From a virus (taxonomy: Duplodnaviria; Caudoviricetes), in IMG/VR virus record IMGVR_UViG_3300050821_004803, positions 1,113 through 65,112 of that record: a stretch of 64,000 nucleotides of DNA. One strand, given 5' to 3'. Each line of letters begins with the position of its first letter. The stretch's first letter is position 1. Positions 8,672-17,469 of the stretch are shown here, in pieces. The position numbers and the translations under genes were made by a program. The notes beneath the pieces are model-generated. The model made no database searches and was not told the origin of the DNA. It was given only the letters and a program-made list of their open reading frames with translations.

Positions 8672-9724
8672 ATGTGTGGAATTGCTGGAGTTAGAACATA
8701 TGGCAAAGAACCCATAACCGCGGTTGAGTTGAAAATTTTGCTCAACAAACTGGAAAGACGGGGAACCCACGCCACCGGAATTGCGTTGCTGACAGCGGGG
8801 CGTATCCATATTTTGAAAGATGCGGTTCCTGCGTGGTCTTTTACGGCGGCTAAAACCACCGATGCTTTTTTGGATGAGTTTCTTACTCCTGAAACCACAA
8901 TGGCGCTTCTTCATACAAGATTTGCCACAGTTGGACCGCCCCAAAACAACGACAACAACCATCCAATGTTTCGCGGACATTCAGCGGTGGTTCACAACGG
9001 ACATATCAATAACCACACACAGTTGTTTTCCAGTGAGAAAGTAGAGCGTTCCTGCGAAACCGATTCCGATATTATTCGGGGCCTGATAGACAAATACGGA
9101 ATGACGGATAAAGGTTTAGAAAGTCTTCCTAAGCTTTCCGGATCAGCGGCTATTGCAGCTTTCTCGGAGGACGATCCCGAAACATTATTGCTGGCCCGGA
9201 GTGGCTCGCCTTTAACTTATGGGGTGAGCACGGTTACTTACAAGTTATGGTGGGCTTCCGAACTCCCGGCAATTCAAGCAGCAGTAAAACCTTTTGTAAA
9301 TGTTCATGGTTTGTGGGCGCGTGGACCAAGACCGGACGTGGCGTACTTCACTATGCCCGATAACACTGCCTATTTGTTGGGACCAAAGGATCATCTTACC
9401 CGTCGTCCATTTAACAGCTGCACGCACTATCAACAACCCGACTATTCCCGCGTATACGGTGAAACTTACGGCAACCGTATGAGAAGCTTTAGTCGCGAAC
9501 ATCAAAGCACTATTCGAAGGGTGCTTCCTGCGTCGTCTAGTGTTGCAACGGTGGACGGCTTCGGTTTCACCCATAAAATTGCTCCCTGTAACCACTGCCA
9601 TACAGCAAACAAAATTTTAAAAGATGAAAAATTTGCTGATTGGCTCTGCACCAACACCGCATGTCGCAAGCCCCTTGACGAACTGGACAAGATTCCAGTC
9701 GATGAATTAAGATGGAGGAACTAG
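8672..9724 (+). CDS. class II (Ntn) glutamine amidotransferase
   Basis: N-terminal MCGIAG, RGTHATG, HTRFAT, NNHP, HNGHINN, ETDSD; C-terminal Zn ribbon. Confidence 0.92.
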   Translation: MCGIAGVRTYGKEPITAVELKILLNKLERRGTHATGIALLTAGRIHILKDAVPAWSFTAAKTTDAFLDEFLTPETTMALLHTRFATVGPPQNNDNNHPMFRGHSAVVHNGHINNHTQLFSSEKVERSCETDSDIIRGLIDKYGMTDKGLESLPKLSGSAAIAAFSEDDPETLLLARSGSPLTYGVSTVTYKLWWASELPAIQAAVKPFVNVHGLWARGPRPDVAYFTMPDNTAYLLGPKDHLTRRPFNSCTHYQQPDYSRVYGETYGNRMRSFSREHQSTIRRVLPASSSVATVDGFGFTHKIAPCNHCHTANKILKDEKFADWLCTNTACRKPLDELDKIPVDELRWRN

Positions 9725-9725
9725 G

Positions 9726-10478
9726 TTGAATTTTCACATTGCCCGCACAGCCTCTACCACAGGTAATCTTCTTCAAACATTAGTCAATCAACAACTGACC
9801 GGCAACACTGATACTGCACATGTTTGTTATGGGGTGGGTAGACCGGACAATGCGAGAACGTTAAATGCGAATTGTTCAAGATATAGCAAGTTAGAACAAG
9901 CCCGACTTCTTTCAGAGGGGTTAGGGCCTGGGGCCTTGCGTGTATTTGACACCATAGAAGGAGCTGAAAATGCAATTCGAGTCGGTGGTAGTCCCCTGTT
10001 TGCTCGGACTTTTGTGCATTCTAGGGGTCGTGATATCCGTCCAGTTTTGGATGCTTGGCAGTGCCGTCCACTCTTTGAACGAGGGAATGTCTTTTTTACG
10101 GGTTTTGTGCCGTCGAATCGTGAGTTCCGGGTATGGATCTACCGACAGCGACATCTTGGCAGTTATGAAAAGATACTTCGTCGCCCGAACGACTGTCAAC
10201 GTCTCGGAAGAAACCACGATAACGGTTTCGACTTCTCAGGGATCGAGGGTGATGACGTTCCCGAAGGGCTCAAAAATATCTCCAGACAAGCTATTAGAAC
10301 CCTTGGTCTCGACTTCGGGGCCGTTGATGTCCTGCAAGGACTAGATGGGGGCTATGTGGTGCTAGAGGTTAACTCAGCTCCAGGGGTCAGCAACGAGCGT
10401 CGTCGTGTCATCCAAGCTCTTGCACATCGAATTACTCGTTGGGCGGCGAATGGTTGTCCAAATAGAAGGGATGAATAA
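9726..10478 (+). CDS. ATP-grasp ligase (phiEco32/RimK-like C-terminal)
   Basis: REFRVWI, RNHDNGFDF, LGLDFGAVDV, VLEVNSAPG. Confidence 0.9.
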   Translation: MNFHIARTASTTGNLLQTLVNQQLTGNTDTAHVCYGVGRPDNARTLNANCSRYSKLEQARLLSEGLGPGALRVFDTIEGAENAIRVGGSPLFARTFVHSRGRDIRPVLDAWQCRPLFERGNVFFTGFVPSNREFRVWIYRQRHLGSYEKILRRPNDCQRLGRNHDNGFDFSGIEGDDVPEGLKNISRQAIRTLGLDFGAVDVLQGLDGGYVVLEVNSAPGVSNERRRVIQALAHRITRWAANGCPNRRDE

Positions 10479-11030
10479 ATGGCTGGAGTAACCAAACATT
10501 ATGTTTTGTTTTCCGCTGACGGGACTTTTTTGGACGTAAAAGCGCTTCCTCCGTTACAACACCTGATCGAGCGCCTCGCGGGGTTGTCTTTGGTTCGACA
10601 AGAATTTCCAGGTATTGTCCGAGAGGTACGAGCTTTATCGACTTCCCGCTCTTGGAGAAAGCGGCTTATCAAAACTTATGAAGTTTATAAGGTGCTTTGT
10701 ACTGCGACAAAAACCAAAGGCTGGAGACTGGCAGAGTACCGTGTTCGCAAGGGACGAGGACTGGGCAGCCACAGTGCCTTCAAGGCGATAGCCTCCAACT
10801 ATCGGGCTTTTTCCGTGCCAAAGAAAGCGGTAAGGGTTACGTTTGCTGATAACCCAAGAGCCAACCGTTGGACCCTTGACAACCCTTTTAACCCTGAAGA
10901 AGGGGTTCCAGAAGGAAATACCGGAACAGCGCAAACAATAACACCGCTGCCACGACATCTAGAGCCACAATTTAATATACAACGGTATATGTCGAATGTC
11001 CCCAGAACCGGAACAGGTCGCACTCCATGA
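10479..11030 (+). CDS. hypothetical protein
   Basis: Starts immediately after the ATP-grasp stop; 183 aa. Confidence 0.65.
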   Translation: MAGVTKHYVLFSADGTFLDVKALPPLQHLIERLAGLSLVRQEFPGIVREVRALSTSRSWRKRLIKTYEVYKVLCTATKTKGWRLAEYRVRKGRGLGSHSAFKAIASNYRAFSVPKKAVRVTFADNPRANRWTLDNPFNPEEGVPEGNTGTAQTITPLPRHLEPQFNIQRYMSNVPRTGTGRTP

Positions 11031-11383
11031 CAGATCGTTGGGATAGAAGAGTGGATTTCGCTTGCAGCAACGTTCTCAGTTACATCGAATCACGCAAAAT
11101 TGTATGCTGCAAAATACACGGAGCTAACCAACCCTTTTCTCTGGTGCAGGATTCAAGTGGATGGAGAAAAGTCTGCAATCAATGCGTTGAAAATTTCTTC
11201 AAAGAGATTGGGGTGCCGGTAAAACCAGAAGTTGTTGATGTGTGTTTTGAGGATGGCTGCACCAACGATGCTAACCCCGCCGCCCGATGTCTTCTATGCC
11301 AAGAGTTGTTTTGCAATATCCATATGACAGATGATTTTGTTTGTCAATCGTGTACAGAAAAGACCGACAATGGACTTACATGA
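11027..11383 (+). CDS. multi-Zn-finger hypothetical protein
   Basis: CKIH, CNQC, CFEDGC, CLLC, CNIH, CQSC. Confidence 0.65.
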   Translation: MTDRWDRRVDFACSNVLSYIESRKIVCCKIHGANQPFSLVQDSSGWRKVCNQCVENFFKEIGVPVKPEVVDVCFEDGCTNDANPAARCLLCQELFCNIHMTDDFVCQSCTEKTDNGLT

Positions 11384-11942
11384 GGCCCCAGGCCAAACCC
11401 CTCTTATAGGAGAGAATCCGGAAAATGCCCTCTACGAAACGTGGAAAAAAGCTTCTGAAGCTGCGCGTCCACCGATTGAGCAAGCGTTGGTTCCACTTCT
11501 ATATCGTCACGCATCCAAGGTTTGTTGGATGGTTCTTCATTCTAATCAGCCTGATTTAATTGGAACGATTATTAATGATGTGTTTCTTGGAATGAGAAAA
11601 TTTAAGGGGGACAGTCTTTTTTCTACTTGGGTTCACGCTCTTGCACTGTATCGGTGTAGAGCGGAACTTCGAAACATTCGACGCAGGAAAGAGGTAAACG
11701 GGATTGTTGATGGGGGTGTTTCGTATAGTGTGAGGGGTTGTCAAGAAACTTCTAGCGTGGTCCAAAATTTGGTGTCCAAGTTGGGTAAACGAGAACAGGA
11801 ATTGGTTCGATTAAAGATTGATGAAGGTTTATCTGACAAAGAAATAGCGGAAGTTCTTGAGCTTCATCCCGTTTATATTCAAAGACTTTGGAAGGCATTA
11901 CGAAAGCGATTGAGGTCGATGTATGGAAGGAAAGCTTCTTAA
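11370..11942 (+). CDS. ECF-type sigma-70 family RNA polymerase sigma factor
   Basis: Region 2 FKGDSLFSTWVHALA; region 4 HTH LGKREQELVRLKIDEGLSDKEIAEVL. Confidence 0.88.
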   Translation: MDLHEAPGQTPLIGENPENALYETWKKASEAARPPIEQALVPLLYRHASKVCWMVLHSNQPDLIGTIINDVFLGMRKFKGDSLFSTWVHALALYRCRAELRNIRRRKEVNGIVDGGVSYSVRGCQETSSVVQNLVSKLGKREQELVRLKIDEGLSDKEIAEVLELHPVYIQRLWKALRKRLRSMYGRKAS

Positions 11943-12975
11943 TTCGTTTCTGTTGGGTGCAGACCCAGAATTGATTCTTCTTGATCCGCCAGCGTTGATT
12001 AATGGCAGTCGAGAACACAAAGCTGGATATCATTATGGGTACGATCATGGTGGCTATGTAATTGAACCACACCCAAGTCCGAGTTTATCGGCGCGAACCG
12101 TGTGTGCGAATATCAAGAAGTCGTTGGATGTGATTTCCAATCGTTTTCCCTCTTATAGACTTAGAGCAGGAGCTTATTACCGCGACCCGGATCGTAGAGA
12201 TGTCACTCTTGGTGGTCATGTGCATCTTGATCTTCAACATCTTTCTGCCGCCCAGTTGAAAGCAATGGACATTTTTGCAACCTCACTTGAAGCCCTTGAG
12301 ATTCTTCCAAGCAAAGAAAACAAGTTGCGTTGTGGGAGCGGTCATGGATATGGAAAATTGGGGGATATCCGTGCTGAACACGGGCATGTAGAGTACCGAT
12401 CGCTTTGTTCATGGTTGTTTAGTCGAAAAACATCCATGCTCTGTATAACTGGTATTAAGCTGGCTGCGGTGGCTCCGGATACCGTCAAATCTGCGGATTC
12501 TTATACCAAACTTTTGCGCTGGTTCGAAGAATTTAAAGGAAAGGATGATGATGTTGATTGGATTCTGGATCGAGAGTATTTCGCGTCATCTTTGGAAGCC
12601 AAGCCAGACGCTAATGTAAAAGCGGTTTGGAAAGTAGACCCCGATAAAGCAAAGGAGTGGGAACAAGAGGTTGCGACAATGGTTCCAACCAATATAGTTA
12701 ACATGGCCGATCTTGAACGGCGGATGCTAACAGAGGATTATTTCCCTAGTGGAGTGGAGTATGAAGAAATTCGTCGTCGTTCTCGGGAGGGTAGTGAACG
12801 AGCAGCTACTCTATGGAGGTTAATTCATCGTACGGAGATTTTAAGGGCCGCCCGATACGCACAACAACCACTTGCGGCCACAAATAACAATAACATGACC
12901 ACAAATAACAATAACTTTGAAAATTTATTGGGCGGGATTCTACAAAACCCGGATCTATATACCGGTCGTCGTTAA
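11923..12975 (+). CDS. phiEco32-like COOH-NH2 ligase, copy 3
   Basis: LGADPELI, VIEPHPSP, TLGGHVHL, YGKLGDIRAEHGHVEYRSLCSWL. Confidence 0.85.
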   Translation: MEGKLLNSFLLGADPELILLDPPALINGSREHKAGYHYGYDHGGYVIEPHPSPSLSARTVCANIKKSLDVISNRFPSYRLRAGAYYRDPDRRDVTLGGHVHLDLQHLSAAQLKAMDIFATSLEALEILPSKENKLRCGSGHGYGKLGDIRAEHGHVEYRSLCSWLFSRKTSMLCITGIKLAAVAPDTVKSADSYTKLLRWFEEFKGKDDDVDWILDREYFASSLEAKPDANVKAVWKVDPDKAKEWEQEVATMVPTNIVNMADLERRMLTEDYFPSGVEYEEIRRRSREGSERAATLWRLIHRTEILRAARYAQQPLAATNNNNMTTNNNNFENLLGGILQNPDLYTGRR

Positions 12976-13033
12976 AAATTTTTCCGCATTTTTTGTGTGG
13001 AATTTGTATCATTTGTAACACTAATAGGCAGAC

Positions 13034-13315
13034 TTGATGAAACCACGAGCTTTCTCTAGGGGTACGGCTCTTAGAGTATTTTGGGTGGATTCTTCTCAAA
13101 CAGCGGGATGGAAATACGATGAAAACATTCCAGTTATGGTTGAGAAGATAGCCACCCTTGGTTGGGTTACGGATACGTCTTCTGATGGAATTAATATGAC
13201 TTCAACTCTTTCAAAACATGGAGGAGTTTTGTCATATATTTCAATTCCCTGGAAGGCCATAGTCCACATTCAAGAATTAAACGAATGGGATCGAGATGCG
13301 AATTTACCGCTCTAA
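13034..13315 (+). CDS. conserved phage hypothetical protein
   Basis: WVDS...GW...TLGW...IPWKAI pattern common in small phage beta-barrel proteins. Confidence 0.7.
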   Translation: MMKPRAFSRGTALRVFWVDSSQTAGWKYDENIPVMVEKIATLGWVTDTSSDGINMTSTLSKHGGVLSYISIPWKAIVHIQELNEWDRDANLPL

Positions 13316-13324
13316 CCGGATAAA

Positions 13325-14080
13325 TTGGCTCTCGCGGTATTAAGATTGGTATTTGATCGTTCTCTCCTCACATTTGATGCCGCCCGGCATCGACATCTCT
13401 ATGACGGTAAACAACTTATTGGTGTAACAACAGCCCTGGGGATGATATCTAAAGGGGATGCGATAACACAATGGGCGGTCAATCAATCACTCGAATTTTT
13501 GACAAATGCATTCGCGCAAGAGGGGGAATATGCGCCTGAGGAAATTCAGGCCTTCTTACTACAAGCTAAATATGCCTGGCGAGCTAAGCGTGATGAAGCA
13601 GCTGATATAGGCACTCAAGCCCACAACTGGATCGAATCTTATTTAAAAGGGGAGAACCCTGATCTTATTTGGCCAAAACATCCCGCTGTACGTAAATCTT
13701 GTGAAGCAGCAGTTAAATGGACGGAGGCCCATCATTGGCAAACAATTGAAATCGAGAAGCAAGTCTACCATCCAAAACTTGGGTACGCTGGAATTCTCGA
13801 CTGGTGGGTTTTCATTGATGGTGTACCCTCCATTCCAGACTGGAAAACTTCCAAAGCTATTTACAGCACCCATCGGTACCAAACTGCAGCCTATCTTAAA
13901 GCGGTTGAACTTGAAACCAGAGAATATATTCGTAACCGCTGGGTCTTGCGAATTGATAAATCTACTGGAGAGTTTGAAGATGTTAAGTTACAACGAGGTA
14001 CCTTAGCCGATGACTGGCGTTGTTTCAAAGCAGCCCTTGCATTATATAAACGTGAAAAGCAGTTAAAAGAGGAGAAGTAA
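13325..14080 (+). CDS. PD-(D/E)xK exonuclease-like protein
   Basis: GTQAHNWIE, EKQV, YAGILD, DWKTS, YQTAAY. Confidence 0.88.
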   Translation: MALAVLRLVFDRSLLTFDAARHRHLYDGKQLIGVTTALGMISKGDAITQWAVNQSLEFLTNAFAQEGEYAPEEIQAFLLQAKYAWRAKRDEAADIGTQAHNWIESYLKGENPDLIWPKHPAVRKSCEAAVKWTEAHHWQTIEIEKQVYHPKLGYAGILDWWVFIDGVPSIPDWKTSKAIYSTHRYQTAAYLKAVELETREYIRNRWVLRIDKSTGEFEDVKLQRGTLADDWRCFKAALALYKREKQLKEEK

Positions 14081-14307
14081 TGTCCCTAGAAAATCGTGAA
14101 TACGAAGTCGAATTGACTGTAACCAGGCATCATCTTTTTACCACGTTTTCTCGTTCTCCGGAGGAGGCTATTGCGGACGCAGAAAATATGTTAGAAGACG
14201 GCGATAATGGGGAAATTGTAGTAACTGAAATTGAAGTTGCTGACGCCTACCCTACTGATGAGCTTTCTTCCGAGGATGATGAGGAGATGGATGACGATAC
14301 CGACTAA
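14080..14307 (+). CDS. small acidic hypothetical protein
   Basis: TAATG coupling; AGGAG RBS; D/E-rich tail. Confidence 0.7.
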   Translation: MSLENREYEVELTVTRHHLFTTFSRSPEEAIADAENMLEDGDNGEIVVTEIEVADAYPTDELSSEDDEEMDDDTD

Positions 14308-15085
14308 TCCTGTACGTATTGGAGGGGTTGGGCCTGGGGTTATTGAATATAAACGAGTTAGCCAAGAACCCCCTAAACGTCTTGTCCTTTCTGTTGATAG
14401 TCCTCCAAAATGGGGTAAAACTCATTTCTGTTTGACCGCTCCAGATCCCATAGCCGTTCATAACCTCGATCTTGGCCTAGAGGGAGTGGTTGAGGCGGAA
14501 GAATTCAAGAGCAAAGAAATCTATGTCTTTGACTATCAAATTCCTATGTCCGCTACACTACCCGGCTCAGAATTTTCGGGAATGGCCGATGCTGCTCAGA
14601 AAGTCTGGAAGGAGTATGTACGCAATTTCCGAGATTCTCTGTCGAAAATGCGGACGGTTGTGGTGGATACAGGGTCGGAGGCGTGGCAACTTGTACGATT
14701 GGCTCGTCTGGGTAAACTCACCTCCGTACTTCCGGTACAATATACAGCAGTCAATGCGGAGTTCCGACAACTTACTCAGATCGCTTTGTCGCAAAACGTC
14801 TGTAATGTTATCTTTACTCACAAGGTAAAGGATGTATATAAGGATGACAAGAAAACGGGCGAGGTAGAGCGAGCGGGTTTTGGAGAAATAGAATACGATG
14901 TTCAAACTGTTCTTAAGGCTTCTAGGGACTACGCAAAGACCGGAGTTGACCAGTTTGGATTGGAGATCGCAGCATGTCGCGCCAATTTATCGGCCACCGG
15001 AAAGAGATTTGTTGGAGCAGATTGCACCTTTGCTAAGGTTGCCGCAGCAATCTATCCGTCCACAACCGAAGAAACCTGGAAATAA
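14291..15085 (+). CDS. AAA_24/Sak4-like P-loop ATPase (recombination/annealing)
   Basis: Walker A SPPKWGKT, Walker B VVVDT, VIFTH; lies next to the nuclease and SSB-like genes. Confidence 0.78.
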   Translation: MTIPTNPVRIGGVGPGVIEYKRVSQEPPKRLVLSVDSPPKWGKTHFCLTAPDPIAVHNLDLGLEGVVEAEEFKSKEIYVFDYQIPMSATLPGSEFSGMADAAQKVWKEYVRNFRDSLSKMRTVVVDTGSEAWQLVRLARLGKLTSVLPVQYTAVNAEFRQLTQIALSQNVCNVIFTHKVKDVYKDDKKTGEVERAGFGEIEYDVQTVLKASRDYAKTGVDQFGLEIAACRANLSATGKRFVGADCTFAKVAAAIYPSTTEETWK

Positions 15086-15098
15086 TTTCATTTTTTAG

Positions 15099-15129
15099 GT
15101 TGTATTAGTACCCATTTTGGATACTAATA
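15099..15129 (+). promoter_or_regulatory. putative phage-sigma promoter GTTGTA-N15-GATACTAATA
   Basis: Same bipartite motif and spacing at 56204-56234(-) and 58239-58269(-); this copy also forms the palindrome TGTATTAGTA/TACTAATACA. Confidence 0.75.
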
Positions 15130-15134
15130 CACAC

Positions 15135-15340
15135 AATCAACAGGAGACAAAGGGTTGTACCTGAGTTGAACGTTGATGGTCAACCTAAAGGGGTTAGAGC
15201 CTGGGTTGGTTGTGCGATAGAACCGGGAAGTCCTTGAAAATATCGGGAACTCCGTTCTGAGGGGTTCGGACCCGTGCCTGGCGAGGCTCCCAAGGTTCTC
15301 CTATCCAACAACCACCCAAGTTTCTAACCCCTTTATTTGT
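15135..15340 (+). ncRNA. putative rod-shaped ncRNA containing the complement of the dispersed motif
   Basis: 13-bp perfect closing stem 15186-15198/15323-15335 plus nested stems; no ORF; upstream promoter motif; contains AAGGGGTT-AGA-GCCTGG and GAGGGGTT-N9-GCCTGG. Confidence 0.7.
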
Positions 15341-15631
15341 TTGGAGATAGCTTTGGAGAATTTTATTATGAATACGATTATAGTCGTTATAATGCTATCA
15401 TCCTGGCATCTCCACCGGCACGCTCAACTACCTCCAGTTGAAGTACCCCCCACCATTGAGCAACAAAGAGAAGACTATGCCCAAGCACTGGGAGGATGTT
15501 CGTATCAAGACGGAATTTATTTCTTCTCTGGTAAAGATAAAGAAATAGGTATGTCTGATAAATCCTGCGGTGAGGCATATGAAGACTGGCGACATCGCAA
15601 TACACCAGCCGTTGTTATGAGCAGAGTTTAG
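15341..15631 (+). CDS. small membrane-anchored/secreted hypothetical protein
   Basis: Hydrophobic N-terminus (likely start 15368); two Cys. Confidence 0.55.
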   Translation: MEIALENFIMNTIIVVIMLSSWHLHRHAQLPPVEVPPTIEQQREDYAQALGGCSYQDGIYFFSGKDKEIGMSDKSCGEAYEDWRHRNTPAVVMSRV

Positions 15632-15638
15632 AGGTTCA

Positions 15639-15917
15639 ATGTACAGAACCAATCGCAGTATTTTGAAAGAAATTTTACTTGAGGTGAAAAATTTGTCAGC
15701 AACTATTGTAACTCGTGCAGCTTTCGATGCGGCTCTTACGGCTGCAGTAACCACCATTCAGACCGCCATCAGCGACCTGCAGGCCAAGATTGCTGCGGGC
15801 GGAGTAACGACTCCAGAAGATTTTACAGCGGAACTTACTACGCTTCAGGGACTCGTTAGTACGGCGACTGCTGCGGACCCCGGTCCACAGGCCGCTTCCA
15901 CAACGTCCGGCAGCTAA
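15639..15917 (+). CDS. Ala/Thr-rich helical hypothetical protein
   Basis: GAGG RBS; coiled-coil-like composition. Confidence 0.6.
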   Translation: MYRTNRSILKEILLEVKNLSATIVTRAAFDAALTAAVTTIQTAISDLQAKIAAGGVTTPEDFTAELTTLQGLVSTATAADPGPQAASTTSGS

Positions 15918-15983
15918 CTAAACTCCAAAGCTTTTATCCGATGAGCTTTATCAACGGAATATTGAACTAATTGGGAGCGCTCA

Positions 15984-16403
15984 TTGTCAGGAACAGCATG
16001 GACTGAAGTAGATTTATCAACAATACCCACAGATAATGCAATTATTCCGGAAGGTAAGTATACGTTTGAACTTCTTCCCGGAGCACGCTATTCAAAGTGG
16101 GATGCAGGACGTATTGAATTTGCAGGAAAGGTTTCGGGTGGCGAGTTTCCTAATAAGGTGATTTACTCTAGCTACCCCGATCCTGAAAAGGTAGGAAATT
16201 GGGTTCACGGAGTTTTCGTTCGTATGCAAAACGCTGCAGGTGAAGGCTATGAAATTGAACCCAACGAAGATCCGGTTGCTTATTTAAATCGTGTTGCTGG
16301 TATTCATTTTGTTGCAAAGGTACTTCATCGTACTTACGACAAAGATGGAGAAAGCGTCACCAAGGAAGACCTGAAAATTGGTAGCATTTCGCCAGTTAAG
16401 TAA
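15984..16403 (+). CDS. putative ssDNA-binding protein (DUF669-like)
   Basis: IPEGKY N-terminal motif, beta-rich, follows the nuclease and Sak4-like ATPase. Confidence 0.6.
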   Translation: MSGTAWTEVDLSTIPTDNAIIPEGKYTFELLPGARYSKWDAGRIEFAGKVSGGEFPNKVIYSSYPDPEKVGNWVHGVFVRMQNAAGEGYEIEPNEDPVAYLNRVAGIHFVAKVLHRTYDKDGESVTKEDLKIGSISPVK

Positions 16404-16424
16404 AGAACTGTGGATGATGACTTT

Positions 16425-16448
16425 GGGCACCTCCGGGTGCCCTTAGTT
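16425..16448 (+). terminator. GC hairpin, probable terminator
   Basis: GGGCACC-TCCG-GGTGCCC followed by TTAGTT. Confidence 0.45.
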
Positions 16449-16463
16449 ATAGGAGAGTGGTTT

Positions 16464-16574
16464 ATGTTGGATCATATTGGATGGGTCATTTGTTTCGTTA
16501 TTGTTGTAGTTGCGATTTTTTGTAGCAAAGGACGGTTTCCTGACGATGACGATCCCCAACACCCAGCCTGTTGA
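16464..16574 (+). CDS. 36-aa single-TM peptide (not in ORF track)
   Basis: AGGAG RBS; MLDHIGWVICFVIVVVAIFCSKGRFPDDDDPQHPAC. Confidence 0.5.
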   Translation: MLDHIGWVICFVIVVVAIFCSKGRFPDDDDPQHPAC

Positions 16575-16693
16575 ATGCGACTGTCAGTGTCATAAATTGC
16601 GTGGCCACAACCAAGTAACGTTTTGTGGTTTTTGTTGGACTTGTCACACCTATCGCGATAAACGCGGATTAATTAAATTAAGGGAGCCTACAG

Positions 16694-16825
16694 ATGCCGT
16701 TGAAGACAGGCAAGAGTCAGAAAGTAGTTAGTGAAAACATAAAAACCGAGATGGGTGCAGGACGACCGCAGAAACAAGCGGTGGCAATTGCGCTCAGTAA
16801 AGCTGGAAAGAGTAATAAAAAGTGA
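16694..16825 (+). CDS. conserved small basic phage protein (not in ORF track)
   Basis: [43 protein letters not shown] matches the widespread QKQAVAIAL phage peptide; GGGAG RBS; GTGA overlap with the next gene. Confidence 0.8.
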   Translation: MPLKTGKSQKVVSENIKTEMGAGRPQKQAVAIALSKAGKSNKK

Positions 16826-17469
16826 AAGTAGTTTGCATATCCGATACTCATGACGTTCACTATCCAGAACTTCCGGAAGGGGATATGCTGATTCACGCTG
16901 GGGACGTTTCTTTAAACGGAAGTCCCCAAGAAATTACGAGATTTTTAGATTGGTTTGAAAAACAACCTCATCGACATAAAATTTTTGTAGGTGGTAATCA
17001 CGACCGTTCGTTGGAGCAATACGGATGGGGATTTTTCGAGCGAAAAGGCATTACGTACCTCGAAAACTCCTCCACAAAAATTGAAGGTTTTAAAATATTT
17101 GGTTCTCCTGCCTCTCGTACCTTTGGTCACATCTGCGCTTTTATGCGAGAGGAAGAAGCCCTACGAAGACTTTGGCTGGGTCTTGATGGCACTCACGATA
17201 TAGTTATCACCCACAGTCCGGCCAAGTGGTTTAGAGATTCTGAAGCCGATGGTGTGCCTCTGGGCAGTGAATCGCTAGCAGAATTTCTTCGATACGCCAA
17301 TCCCTTACTCCACGTATGCGGACACATACACGGCGGATACGGACAAACGGAGCACAAAGGAACTCAGTACGTAAACGCATCGCACCTGGATGTTACGTAC
17401 CGAAAGTTCAATGCTCCTATTGTAGTAGACCTAGAAGATATAAAGAAAAAAATAAACTCCAGGCCCTAA
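16822..17469 (+). CDS. calcineurin-like metallophosphoesterase (239FB-like)
   Basis: SDTH, HAGD, GGNHD, ITHSP, CGHIH. Confidence 0.92.
   Translation: MKVVCISDTHDVHYPELPEGDMLIHAGDVSLNGSPQEITRFLDWFEKQPHRHKIFVGGNHDRSLEQYGWGFFERKGITYLENSSTKIEGFKIFGSPASRTFGHICAFMREEEALRRLWLGLDGTHDIVITHSPAKWFRDSEADGVPLGSESLAEFLRYANPLLHVCGHIHGGYGQTEHKGTQYVNASHLDVTYRKFNAPIVVDLEDIKKKINSRP

Noticed and set aside
12880-12915. Direct repeat CCACAAATAACAATAAC x2
   Set aside because: Local duplication encoding the TNNNN low-complexity tail of ligase copy 3
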